Shown here in pieces: positions 14,301-21,371 of a stretch of 64,000 nt of DNA (position 1 is the stretch's first letter; each line of letters opens with the position of its first letter). The stretch lies in the IMG/VR virus record IMGVR_UViG_3300031519_000015, positions 9,208 through 73,207 of that record; one strand, 5' to 3'. Under the pieces are notes generated by a model. The model was not told the DNA's origin and did no database searches. It saw only the letters and a list, made by a program, of their open reading frames with translations. The DNA comes from a virus (Duplodnaviria; Caudoviricetes). A program made the position numbers and the translations under genes.

Positions 14301-14658
14301 TTCAGGCCAAGACAGAAATGATAAAGGTTATGCAATACACAGGCCATTTATAAAAGAAATACGAGGAGCTTACAAGCATGGCGTGTTTAAACAACAATAT
14401 TCGCCGCTATTTGTAAGAGGGAAACCCCCTACCCACACTGGCCTTCTACCTCTATTTGCTCCTGCGCCGGGAGGAAATGTGTATAATAATATGTCCATGT
14501 TCAACTATGGCGTTCAAGGGATAGCATCTGGTGACATGAGTTTATTTACTCAAAGCGTAGCACCAAGCTCCGTGAGCGACCAAGGATTTAATTTGTATAC
14601 TTTATGTAGTGGCGTATCTTCTAGTGGATTAGATTTATACGTCAGGGGTAAGTTTTAA
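2320..14658 (+). CDS. Giant 4112-aa virion (tail/baseplate or adhesin-like) protein with a LamG-like domain and seven dispersed FG-GAP repeats
   Basis: Uninterrupted ORF. FG-GAP-like motifs FAYSVDIAGDLMAVGVP, LGHSVAVS, YAHDVAISKHGNAIVIGSP, MGYSVDVNSDGTTVVVGCP, FGYNVKID..IYAGSP, FGSEIVIDADFMAISAP, FARSIAVS..LIVGAP. LamG-like segment at about 5300-5790. Follows the tape-measure gene. Confidence 0.65.
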   Translation: MECSVSTQRSSPKAISKIRAGAPIANITTSDSFYATQEALASNATVFRKVDGKFKSSSSVRGTISVIVNIGIDTDIDIISSVIAGAFGSTDTTLIEQILNQFISDGKADGTITDDMSDSEITKLFLDYLESSGFSNSTDSTKERLSGSGSIRFIDVEDVEVSLTSPTINKIYIKARTPRVDPYFNASDEDGTSYGGALSRKEKNGKIVAKAKGGVISCRSRVAGKSKFTNTYVDKIGGHVKQINRLRDFSATQKFYPIKDINIEKNNVSFVNKALDPSGLYRSVDEGLFTGNYTKSFKVSSRISDEFGSFIQPSSVYSEGNFNYECELTPPRIKPIENFLFIRAAAPMSVLESDIPPEYRIHNIRWTDPSGNIISTYKDIKVRGDSKFSTEDENYNFATYVTEPIINNAKRPNWDTYEKLPILTEASGYKLNMDFEVTCFHKPFSPEFNKGYEEGCSLDFVITGDNDYIGLDGSPLSTQTQGFDFTPNNSIRISNIEIAASGSKGPFVENYIPLYNLPPTESLRTTRKIYPTEILLQDYTTRVHPEVQTLWRSSPDRGVYSFNNTVNDKAGMKKALIDFQSERYIELISTSPISDSGKLKVKFEHQPPVSVKQPTNGEWGLGGKNKYSRLNSAKVELVSGPDEFFQVDSIELHVRAKKAVGSRDYVLDVVGFTDDGLLNVSSAVGGFLQNKDSGTGSIPITSGFKQSNYLTSSAESVSSREGFFEKTTTANAGGDHYLLSTAPVVNSTELQDYVIPLKIYRSTDKFGLQEDYSGSNNFESLILDIFPLPTGAVIARVDLEVKYIPSNAITMHTLGHGSQEVSRRYASLQLNKMGSNDDRLNSIWTEKPLSLIENIPHAYTAPATLKTNYARRWRGVDGGIKSGPFQADQFDLAFENPPLYYPFTKGHYLFNDIHINPAFDPDNNINTIYSDQNPEISNTATYVGNLTGNLVKNIGMRFQTDKLFATQDRDYRTIDWTTAGHELYGQITDGFDNAIRVNQASNNINFGDINTNNGFSVFVRFSPDISVSGADYNLFNSGVLVSKWDSGKDLEFTLGYKDGKLTGHARDNTGNVVTVQDPLSYTNYSYPLAAVLTYNDQLSGKLRLYTDNEIASGNFNALRASSSAFTIHSSDSDLVVGNSYGSGVGMSAFITEFGIAESNPSGTLIVPSKANITRQESNIDRFFDSFRSKFWNVGETYKDERFKIWDFINEEASQWHIGGFKFCEFGASFDTMTNRIGQDLIIHDHQTSGETYGTICDTPLPNNVLASGLSYHTQIENDFLRIHLDDVRSKFIAAAPRLVKTFPRSYDPATEAIAVDTIVEHDTTGDIQWPDGNVGPKIIVSLYTKRKETDLFDTTNWGLINRDYHYVGPEDCWQKLTSKFTVGNITDKTTEPWSNFNRDQLIKETDHYLYSNDINDMFLQYDLAYPSGDFRSQVRMHSAEVRLEDALHLKDVLYIDDFTLYASGEPKAFENMNLFCQEPIYYNTPEMNIFASGGLMPHISGGMNFYSSGIGLLSVGPMSLFTTTPVGIVSSLHEQPGMILHTNGIEDFFSNNGGNFGSLGLEYQDNKTNDVMFGAVGDLGRSSTIMAMYAQNDDLFNGPHSLAQAPLFVRAMDENGKDHNNINLQFNLYTEGSSAYFYRDEIKGITKKGLYQQLNFIVKTDDIEQTSSGNMNFYVNSFDPTIFHANGSMPLHTVNVNPINDSQNYLTSFYWNGSNVGSAIDIRDNYRLEYDANDEIRGVVTMCYGDCDNNGNCIEQQLYTHDTLWLDTQCIPGGVIRPINVYNNSETIGYNTIETGYRNNYYGVRKFTNLIPGQPYDITISAQSAEEGILEVPREINEMAYGSTDEVDYSGIKLVAPNGKRNIFDEFAYSVDIAGDLMAVGVPHFDLEDNGEPIPNAGSVFVYRRNPAPSGYDWSTQDDRAGWSFESQLAMPSGFRLDRYKTQVVDISEGKKVIGQANQRQWINGQKGRELGHSVAVSSHNGREVIIAGGPGGVWQRNFAGLDPDPVRVILFVFTDEFIPTIPWPRSASRPTSIDYREILKYITERDTYFRYYCDPAVKFDVQIVICEGILGTSSEASPNFEDDTVTPPDFIHKRQIHRMGVFNNVEDFRQQQDLIVSELKTIYQDLFPRNDSIVNNGMPPILGFYVDDSLSYGTRALGSSLPDRIEGGVLESFQNWLSDYTYENGLTDYTGAAARPFFYKKVARDEGWVSQAASILNSALDRDNLFDGGAVRLFANNLGTFTEGLSEFNINAPSGGAAYIFENLDYGWELTQEILSPTTNNNQYIDRYAHDVAISKHGNAIVIGSPFIDEAVQIYEHNPDSSFYFSLISWLRNYGPQDTSYGEIYQAARSLNNNLKGSITSSQQLSVAKDIFYNSLSPSGRFEFRLYRNEHDGADYRIRKTYKYSDLGAGHSWDWLAKDHMPSSRMGYSVDVNSDGTTVVVGCPTDSLGARDASIFWYKPGVGWSTDTAQWFSNVNAGSIRILEGRKYYPHDTVMQYGVFGNLNRTLAGADQDTPLYNHYHNAFTSRNIKYIESEFTDPEIPENVGTLMIITPEVDSLSEEVVKNIKDWLALGDRNLVLVGDDPFYETDEKGNQGAYARSNDILNRLLSNLDSRMRIEKAATRYESMVDQDTGLYLNVQPSYVPQVGKEAPRPMRSFITGTNIRGSGVGDIRFYDEGISDSYQCQKAPEYSILQGLDQLPFQEKKGYESVNYKCELPIKHKGDLRASWWDECEKETPRGIILVPYQINLAFQYGSHQIQDWGCDVEAKSRTDRLTEGMEPVPILAAAERLNKVQFNEGSPEEIYEERYVSGQEFVPRNTKQFTSNVNSTTPHFYWTAESGNFSSINYNYYNVQRSRSKFLEVGNPILEENNKTAIAMAKSEILESSNEVIEPITDSFPVAAREAYGPSEVHLISMLKTESVSILNWSDDANGKFYMNLTDKATAGQLGGGARIIQLGGFTGNDSFRQAYPRVESGEGSSLRQFFENLGNFVTENFDPLNINDPGVNADVAWIANPRGRPSNQEIVELKKWLNDNPNSKLVITFGDDSHTGLKFEERPGLVQLIRNAEYLCEELGLSMKPYFISQKSKYATLDDTSNNVSINRAGYLSIYLRGSGNSDLVFGERGSASQIENDDNYYNAITVSPAERSKFEFIAIEPNNANTTLYIDANIMGTRSFPVGTSIIRSGQIKATFNVEPNKYYRMFFEEVSNFPSERGSLKYTITNCDVSSLFKQTNGKPGQNARGNPQGDILDYQAQWPMYELNDNQPKPYYEKQEDVKIGYQVDGVRGGVVLPPKNQSSVDDKRYWLEGIGGMVIGQSRIVRRSVILTIPEGVTEIDLFVSADNFIPERENPIDFDSWRLVGVSGIEIEPPFDVFGGFFRPVYSTREVITPAIPPSTREYTVDREISNPSHKYCPSDDCIESFTPPDGGDDIADGPVVAAQEQYFQAPFEYGAERSCITVITDASMIQGLTATVENDSQTISPKVINFIRQFYRYPPDMDFDFTGEEAGLRYTSITKVVSPEKSSPARLLASEENEGFNSLFGGYNQGRKSAISFGNDEVLRRITEFQWIMPSEPLEHKGSAFVEKRVPPPTDTSDEAREAARDAQRITFSGIMASYGCYSKFNVEVNGERYYDTGMGQLPPNFMQTFGHDFLDFDQVSHLISGYPGDLFGYNVKIDEDDVIYAGSPFAAFSGETITPWSEVVENTPNGPLYNAQLGYYGGAGAVYKIEKTMDGVGPNDTITPWTSTGKVQPNSLSVGNNSTRRSDRFGSEIVIDADFMAISAPDHSDDSLIIRNFGDFVRKEFNDQFSVGTLETHDTGDLSLSQEIRNSGQVIENAGAVYTYERKIKDWGTKQQDWVFLQKVIAQGYNSRYSQNHETEAFARSIAVSRTRRSDSDYDLIVGAPLHQYGSGVASQLAPSGGALYSYDAMMRRPKPSFAHPDTNVEGRIYGLLGDSIGQNEKYVNFDFRNNNEFDKVTYEKAVVYASTDGEIFIEASGQDRNDKGYAIHRPFIKEIRGAYKHGVFKQQYSPLFVRGKPPTHTGLLPLFAPAPGGNVYNNMSMFNYGVQGIASGDMSLFTQSVAPSSVSDQGFNLYTLCSGVSSSGLDLYVRGKF

Positions 14659-14673
14659 AAAGGAAAACGAATA

Positions 14674-16329
14674 ATGGCAAGTACTTTACAATTTAATAAC
14701 AACGGTGGTATAATCCAACCAGTTCCACTGTTTAGTCTTACAGCGACACCCTTGCAAAATAAAATAGGCAAGTTTGGTTCTACTTTCCAACTTTCCATTT
14801 CTGGAGCCATTGTCTTTAATCACAGTACTAATTCCAGATCCACTAAAGTTTTAGGCGTTACTGGAGGCGATGCAGTTAAGGGTAATGGCCTAGAACATAT
14901 TGCTCATACTCAAAGCATGATTTTAAAATTGCTTGACCAGTTTAAGAATGAAAACGAAGGCTTGTGTGTTAGCATTCTTGACGCTAGTTCTAATAGTGAC
15001 GTACTAACATTTAAACGTTGTAAAGTAGAGAGTGTTAATTTTGAAGAGGGTATACATGTAAATATATGTAGATATACTATCAATTTAAGTTCAGACGCTT
15101 TATTTACCGGAAATGCGGGAACCAATCTTCATCCACAATCCATGATGGACTTACATGAGTATAATGTTGATTATGCCAACGACTCATCGCTGATATATAT
15201 GTTAGAAGATTTTACAGAAAGTTGGGAGATATCTCCTGACGACTCTTATGGAACTTCTAGCCCCAACGGGTTAGTACAAACCCCAAGAAGCTACACCATA
15301 TCAAGAACTGTTACCGCTGTTGGAAAATCCCCAAGAACTAGAACTACAGGCGAGGCCACAAACCCCGCTTGGGTTAATGCAATTAATTTTCTTACTAAGT
15401 ATATTTACACGGATGATGGCAAGGGAGATCCATATAATGGCATAAGTAGTATTTTATCCCATTCGTTACTTGGGCTTCATGAAGGACATGGATCTTATCA
15501 AGCATATAATCATGGTAGAACTGAACAAATAGATAAAGCTACTGGCACTGTTACCGCCACTGATAACTGGGTTTTAGCCAACGCAGATGATTTCGCTTTA
15601 GAAACTTTTGAGGGTAGTGTTAGTTCTGATCTTTCTAATCCTTTTGTTAAAGTTTCAATTAGTGGAACACTCAAAGGGTTAGGAGTGTGGAATGCTGACG
15701 CTGACTACGTGGACGGCACGGGATTACACGCCGCCAGCCCTGTGTATAAAGCTAATCAGAAATGGAACGTCATATCAAATAATGGAAATTTCGGAGTTGC
15801 TTGCGCGCTATATAAAAGAGCTAACGCATTATCTGCTGTTAGCCTTAATAGCCAACCCTTATCCATAACTGTTGGAAGAAATGAAATTAGTGGTGAAATA
15901 AATTATTCTTTAGAGTTTGACAATAGACCTACTAATTACTTTAGTAATGTTTTATCTGAAAATGTACAAATTAATGATACGTACCCCGGAGACCAATTCG
16001 CGGTGATTCCAGTTATTGGTAGGGCAATTGGTCCAATACTACAATTTACTTTTGGAAGAACAGAATACAAGAGAAGCATTTCTATAGATATACAATTAGA
16101 TTATTCAGATGTAGATTATACAAGAGCTGGAAGGAATAAATTTATCTTATCTAGACCTAGCACTTCGCCGGGGATTCAAGATGAATTAAAAAGTTTAATC
16201 GCTTCTATTTCTCCTGCTACTGAGCCGGGAGTTAGAAAATATTTTGTTAGCCCACCACAAGAATCATGGTCTCCTAAAGATGGTAAATATTCCATATCAT
16301 TAGAGTGGACCTATGAGATGAATGAATAA
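14674..16329 (+). CDS. Putative virion structural (tail) protein, 551 aa
   Basis: Long ORF with RBS (aaaaggaaa), rich in beta-strand-like sequence, inside the structural operon. No catalytic motif recognised. Confidence 0.45.
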   Translation: MASTLQFNNNGGIIQPVPLFSLTATPLQNKIGKFGSTFQLSISGAIVFNHSTNSRSTKVLGVTGGDAVKGNGLEHIAHTQSMILKLLDQFKNENEGLCVSILDASSNSDVLTFKRCKVESVNFEEGIHVNICRYTINLSSDALFTGNAGTNLHPQSMMDLHEYNVDYANDSSLIYMLEDFTESWEISPDDSYGTSSPNGLVQTPRSYTISRTVTAVGKSPRTRTTGEATNPAWVNAINFLTKYIYTDDGKGDPYNGISSILSHSLLGLHEGHGSYQAYNHGRTEQIDKATGTVTATDNWVLANADDFALETFEGSVSSDLSNPFVKVSISGTLKGLGVWNADADYVDGTGLHAASPVYKANQKWNVISNNGNFGVACALYKRANALSAVSLNSQPLSITVGRNEISGEINYSLEFDNRPTNYFSNVLSENVQINDTYPGDQFAVIPVIGRAIGPILQFTFGRTEYKRSISIDIQLDYSDVDYTRAGRNKFILSRPSTSPGIQDELKSLIASISPATEPGVRKYFVSPPQESWSPKDGKYSISLEWTYEMNE

Positions 16330-16340
16330 GGAGTTTTATA

Positions 16341-17111
16341 ATGGAAAGAGATACAACATATAATGATTATTTAGGCCCTCAATCTTTAGGGGTCACTACT
16401 TTTCCAGCAGGTAAACACAAAACTTTTTTGGGAACTAGCTCGCCAGATGAGCCAACTGAACTGTGGTTTTTACTTCCTCTTACAGATGCTAATTTTGAAG
16501 ACCGAACGCAAACAAATTTTTCAAATGTGTTGATAGGAAAACATAATAAAGCTGGAGGTATGGTCGGACAAAACGGAAGATATGGTTTTATACACAACCC
16601 ACCAATTCACGAAAATTTTTTAAGAGCCAATGAGGTACGAGTCCAATCTCATGGAGAAAACCCATTGAGACCTTATAGGATTGGACCTTTAATGCCAACG
16701 CGAGGACTAAAGGGTAGATATCAATACAAAGACGCATACTACGTACAGATTGATCACGTAAAAGACCCGCAGGGTACACACGTTCAAAAACAAGCAAGCA
16801 CTATATCTTCTTCAGCATATGCTTGGAATTCAGAAATAAAATTCAATCAATATGTAAGTATCTATCCTCCTGCCGAGGAGAGTGGGGAGGAAAATAATGC
16901 AAGCCTTGACTTGGGAAGCTCAAGTGTCAATTTTACAGATATAACATATTCTAGTAGCTCTACGGTTTTAGCTTTTAGTCCTTACTCTGACGATTTTGGA
17001 GGCTCAAACTATTCCTCAACACCAAATCAAAATCAGTCGCAGTCTCTCGATCCCTCACTAATGAGTAATGAACAAGATTCAGTAAATTCAAATCCAATAA
17101 CGAGTTATTAA
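16341..17111 (+). CDS. Hypothetical protein, 256 aa, Ser/Asn-rich C-terminus
   Basis: RBS aaggag upstream; contiguous with its neighbours. Confidence 0.5.
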   Translation: MERDTTYNDYLGPQSLGVTTFPAGKHKTFLGTSSPDEPTELWFLLPLTDANFEDRTQTNFSNVLIGKHNKAGGMVGQNGRYGFIHNPPIHENFLRANEVRVQSHGENPLRPYRIGPLMPTRGLKGRYQYKDAYYVQIDHVKDPQGTHVQKQASTISSSAYAWNSEIKFNQYVSIYPPAEESGEENNASLDLGSSSVNFTDITYSSSSTVLAFSPYSDDFGGSNYSSTPNQNQSQSLDPSLMSNEQDSVNSNPITSY

Positions 17112-20100
17112 ATGTCATCATTATCCCAAGCTACAAATAATTTTCAAGAGTTCGCTGCCTATCCCACAATGAATATAGAGCAGCAGACGTTCTTAGGAGC
17201 TTCTGTTAGAAGTTTTTCTGCTAACGGTGGCTTTGGCGACACTTCTTCTACTTTATCAGTAGACTTAATAGTTGATGAGTACAACAGTGGTGATGGTCCA
17301 GCCCTTGGAATGGGTAAAGGACAAGACGTTTACCATAATGGTAAGTACGATGAGTTCAAACCGCCTCCTGCTGGAAGTCCAGTGTTTTTTACAATGGGGT
17401 CAACAAGGCAGACAGTGCAGGACGTATTTAAAAGAGCTTACGATCAATACTATTCCAACCCCCTGTTAACACCTACGGTCCAGCCAACCAGCCCCTTTTA
17501 TAATCATTTTAGTTTTGGTGGCATATTGCAAACTTATGTGCAAACTAGAGGTCCGGGTGGAAATCCATTTTTTTCCGCACAAATTGTAGACCCAAGAGAA
17601 ATACTATCAAATGTACAAGTCATATTAAATAATTATGGTGGATCTACTTTTAGGAAAGACAACATATTAAATGTATACGGTTTTTTAGAATGCAATACAT
17701 CAAAGACTAAAGCTCAAAGAAAAAATCCTAAAGCAATTTCAATTCTGAATCAAGATTTTACAGAAATAAAGTTCGATAAAAACCACACAAATTATAAAGG
17801 GGTTGACGCACTCGGATTTCTCTACCAGATACAAAATCTTGGCTCAAAAGCTTCTTTTGATAATATTTTAAAGTTTAGATTTAATAAAATTAACTCAATG
17901 ACCCAAACACATCTTGGCACTGAAGGAAGACCAATTGAAGTATTTACAGGAACTGGATTTTCAAGAAGATCGGAAAGAGGTATACCTTACTATAGAGTTG
18001 TTCATGCAATCAACTCGCTATTTGGTCATTATGGAGAATTAGAACCAGAACATGACAGAGCAGGATTTTTTAACTCTGTTAATTTTAGAGGTGTTAAGTA
18101 TGCTATTGATTTATCAGATTTACCCGTTTTAGCCCCATTCCACTATCTTGAGTATGATCAAATAAACCTACTTGATTTAATTATGGAAATATGTGACACG
18201 TTGAATCACGATGTTTTTGTAACATTACTTCCTATCGTAAATCATAAGGGTTGTAGGAAACAATTTGATTTGAAAGATGACCCTAACCATAAATATGAAG
18301 CAGTTATAAAAGTAATAGCAATTGATAGATCTACTCCATTTAATTTATCTGCTATCAAAACTTATATAGACAATCTTAATGTAGACGAAATGAAAAGCAA
18401 TGATGTTGGATATGAGCTTGCTAATAATGTTACGGATAAAATTGTCGTTGGTGCAAACGAAGTAGAAAATTTTTACTTTAGGAGCGACCTTGATAAAGTT
18501 TATAAAGATGATTCGGCAGCTGCTTGGCATCCTGATGTTAATTTAAGTTGGAGCGTATTGCCATACTATGGAACCTTAGCTAACAAGGGGGTGACAATAC
18601 CAGTAGGAAGAGGGGCTTATCAGCAAATACTCTTAGATACAACATCCTTGTTCGCCTACGGTGTTGGAAATTTTTATGTAGCTACAGAACTAGAATTGCG
18701 AGCTGCACTGATGTCTTTTGAGTCATGGAGAGATTTTCTCTTAATGTATGACAATATCTACATGGAACCAGTTTCTGGAGGTGACATTAAAGGCTTTGCA
18801 GAGGGTGATGGAGAATATAAAGTTACTGTTCCCCGATGCGCTATACCTCCAATAAAAGCTGAAGAAGATTTTGACGGAAATGGTGATCCTCAGAATTCTT
18901 GTCACCCACCGTATGGTTATCCTCTTTATTGGAAAAGAGCTGGAGCAATAGGTATGCCACAGGCCGGATTAATATCTTCTGCTTCTTTTAATAAAAGGAT
19001 TGTAGAAATTACATCAGAATTAAAGAACGCTAGTAGGGATGGTAAAGGCTCTACCAACTTACATGATGCCGCCATTCAGCAATTAGGAGAGATAGACAGG
19101 AGCAGATTAACAACAGCTGAAAAAGCATTTTACGATGAACTTCACGTCGCTATTAAGAATGGTCAATACACGGCATTTATAGATGAAAGTCGTTTGCAGG
19201 CGATGTCTATAGTTTCTGCTTCTAAGCAGCAAACTAAAGCAAACATGGAAAACGTAATGCGTGTTTATAATTTTGTTAGGTCTGTTGCTAGTGAATGTTT
19301 AGGTAAAAAGTTTTTAGTTGCATTGCCACAAAAATGTAATGACAACTGGCATCCATCAAAAACGCCCTTTGGATTCCCCACTAGGCAATTAAGTGAAAAT
19401 CCTAATTCTCTAACGGTTTTTGGAGTAGAAGAAGAAATTCCAGAAGGCGTTGAAGTAGGAGTGGGCGAGGATGGAAAGATACATTATGGTGCTTTAAAAG
19501 TAAACAAAAATGTTATAGCAAATAAATATGAATTTAATTATACTCCAGAACCTTTAGGTGGATATCCCTCGGATGTATTATGGGATGGATTAGAAGATGC
19601 TGGACTGTTTCCTGAAGATGCCACAGCAATATTTGGCGAAAATGGAAGGGTGAAACCATACGTTATATTTGACCACTCAGAAGAATTAGATTTTTCTAAA
19701 GTAAATAAAGAAGATTATATACAGCAACGAAACGGACTAGACCCAGATGAAAAATTAATAAAAAAGGTTGATTATGCACACACATTTGAAAATTCTAGCT
19801 CTGCGTCTTCAGACATTAACGGTACTAGTATTTTAAATGCTCCTTCGTCTGACGGGCTTTCTAAGGGTACTAACAAAGAACCCACAAGAGCTTTTATGAC
19901 TTGTAGCATAGATGCTAAATTATATATGCCTCCCAAATTTATAAAAGGAAACAAACCATATTATGGACAAAAGAAATCAACATCAATAAAAAGAAAACCA
20001 ATGACTTTTGTTGATACTGATGCAGACCCACCAAAAGAAACATCTGTTAAGCCCGCAGATGAGATTCATTATTCTCCAAATTCATCAACTGCTGGTAGTT

Positions 20101-21371
20101 TGGAAATAACGTATATAGACTTAAATTATCTTTTTGATGATGCGAGTGGTAAGTACAAAAGTCCAGTACCTTCTTTTAAATATGATACTGACATTGTTTA
20201 TGCTTTAATTACTTTGCCTAGCAGAATACAATCTACTGTTACTAGCCGATACAGAACATGTCAAGAGCATAGCAAGGGCGACTTGTACCATCAGCTATTA
20301 GCAGATGTCACCCCAATTTTCACCGCACCAGTGGGTGGTGCGGCTGGGAACATGAAAACACTAAAATGGGGCGTGAGTGAAAAAACATTTTCAGAAAATG
20401 GTTTTGATAAAGCTGTAGAAAAAACATATAGTAATTTAATGTTCTCTCATCCAAACAGAATAAGTGTTATGTCTGGATCACCCGTTGTTCCAGATTTTAT
20501 ATCTATACCACTAATGTCTAGAGAAAGATGTTATGGTCCTTGGATGTCATCTTATGGAAAGGCGGTTGGGGGTAATGTAGAATTTGAGAAAGATGAAAGT
20601 TTAGCACCTTGGAATTATGCGGGATTTAAATTCATGGATAGTACCGGAAAAATAAAAGCATCATTTGGTTCTTCTGCCCAATTTACTAGTGAGCGAGGAA
20701 GTTTTACACTTGCTTCTGGACCAACTGGAGGTCTAGTTTTAGGAAAATCACTAGCTAGTGCAGGCCCGTTAATTACTACAATTAATATGGACATATCTAG
20801 CGCAGGTATTAGCACTGTGTACAAAATGGATTTATTCACATCTAGTTTTGGCAAAATGCAGAAACAAAAAGAAGGACATATTGCGAAAATGAGCAGAAAT
20901 CAACAAAAGTTGACTGACGAAAAGAATTCTTTAGAAAGAAAAAACATGGGAAAACAATCTACAAGTGACACCATGATAGAAGTTAATAAGCGCATGAGAC
21001 AGCAAGCTAGAGACGCAGGAAGTGCTGCTGCCGCTTCTGCTGCTGCTCCATCGGCAGATTCTGCCCCTAATCAAATTGTAGTTTCTACAAACAGAAATCA
21101 AGAAGGTAGAGTTGGAATATCTTCTTCTATGTTAAGTAATGAGCAAATGGCTGCTGGTGGAGAAAACATGGCATCTAGTGCTGAAAACTCATCTAGACAG
21201 TATTATAATTCAGTAGCGGTTAGTACTGAGGACTTACAAGTTCCAGCCTCTATGGAACCTTCACATCCAAATATGTCTTCAAGACCAGTTGTTAATGTAA
21301 AAGGAAATGCTAAGTATTACGAAAAATCAGACGGATATACTATAGCGCAGATTACTTATTGGAGAACATAA
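17112..21371 (+). CDS. Large putative tail/baseplate hub-like structural protein, 1419 aa
   Basis: Long ORF in the structural block with a coiled-coil and Ala/Ser-rich C-terminus. Function inferred from position only. Confidence 0.4.
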   Translation: MSSLSQATNNFQEFAAYPTMNIEQQTFLGASVRSFSANGGFGDTSSTLSVDLIVDEYNSGDGPALGMGKGQDVYHNGKYDEFKPPPAGSPVFFTMGSTRQTVQDVFKRAYDQYYSNPLLTPTVQPTSPFYNHFSFGGILQTYVQTRGPGGNPFFSAQIVDPREILSNVQVILNNYGGSTFRKDNILNVYGFLECNTSKTKAQRKNPKAISILNQDFTEIKFDKNHTNYKGVDALGFLYQIQNLGSKASFDNILKFRFNKINSMTQTHLGTEGRPIEVFTGTGFSRRSERGIPYYRVVHAINSLFGHYGELEPEHDRAGFFNSVNFRGVKYAIDLSDLPVLAPFHYLEYDQINLLDLIMEICDTLNHDVFVTLLPIVNHKGCRKQFDLKDDPNHKYEAVIKVIAIDRSTPFNLSAIKTYIDNLNVDEMKSNDVGYELANNVTDKIVVGANEVENFYFRSDLDKVYKDDSAAAWHPDVNLSWSVLPYYGTLANKGVTIPVGRGAYQQILLDTTSLFAYGVGNFYVATELELRAALMSFESWRDFLLMYDNIYMEPVSGGDIKGFAEGDGEYKVTVPRCAIPPIKAEEDFDGNGDPQNSCHPPYGYPLYWKRAGAIGMPQAGLISSASFNKRIVEITSELKNASRDGKGSTNLHDAAIQQLGEIDRSRLTTAEKAFYDELHVAIKNGQYTAFIDESRLQAMSIVSASKQQTKANMENVMRVYNFVRSVASECLGKKFLVALPQKCNDNWHPSKTPFGFPTRQLSENPNSLTVFGVEEEIPEGVEVGVGEDGKIHYGALKVNKNVIANKYEFNYTPEPLGGYPSDVLWDGLEDAGLFPEDATAIFGENGRVKPYVIFDHSEELDFSKVNKEDYIQQRNGLDPDEKLIKKVDYAHTFENSSSASSDINGTSILNAPSSDGLSKGTNKEPTRAFMTCSIDAKLYMPPKFIKGNKPYYGQKKSTSIKRKPMTFVDTDADPPKETSVKPADEIHYSPNSSTAGSLEITYIDLNYLFDDASGKYKSPVPSFKYDTDIVYALITLPSRIQSTVTSRYRTCQEHSKGDLYHQLLADVTPIFTAPVGGAAGNMKTLKWGVSEKTFSENGFDKAVEKTYSNLMFSHPNRISVMSGSPVVPDFISIPLMSRERCYGPWMSSYGKAVGGNVEFEKDESLAPWNYAGFKFMDSTGKIKASFGSSAQFTSERGSFTLASGPTGGLVLGKSLASAGPLITTINMDISSAGISTVYKMDLFTSSFGKMQKQKEGHIAKMSRNQQKLTDEKNSLERKNMGKQSTSDTMIEVNKRMRQQARDAGSAAAASAAAPSADSAPNQIVVSTNRNQEGRVGISSSMLSNEQMAAGGENMASSAENSSRQYYNSVAVSTEDLQVPASMEPSHPNMSSRPVVNVKGNAKYYEKSDGYTIAQITYWRT

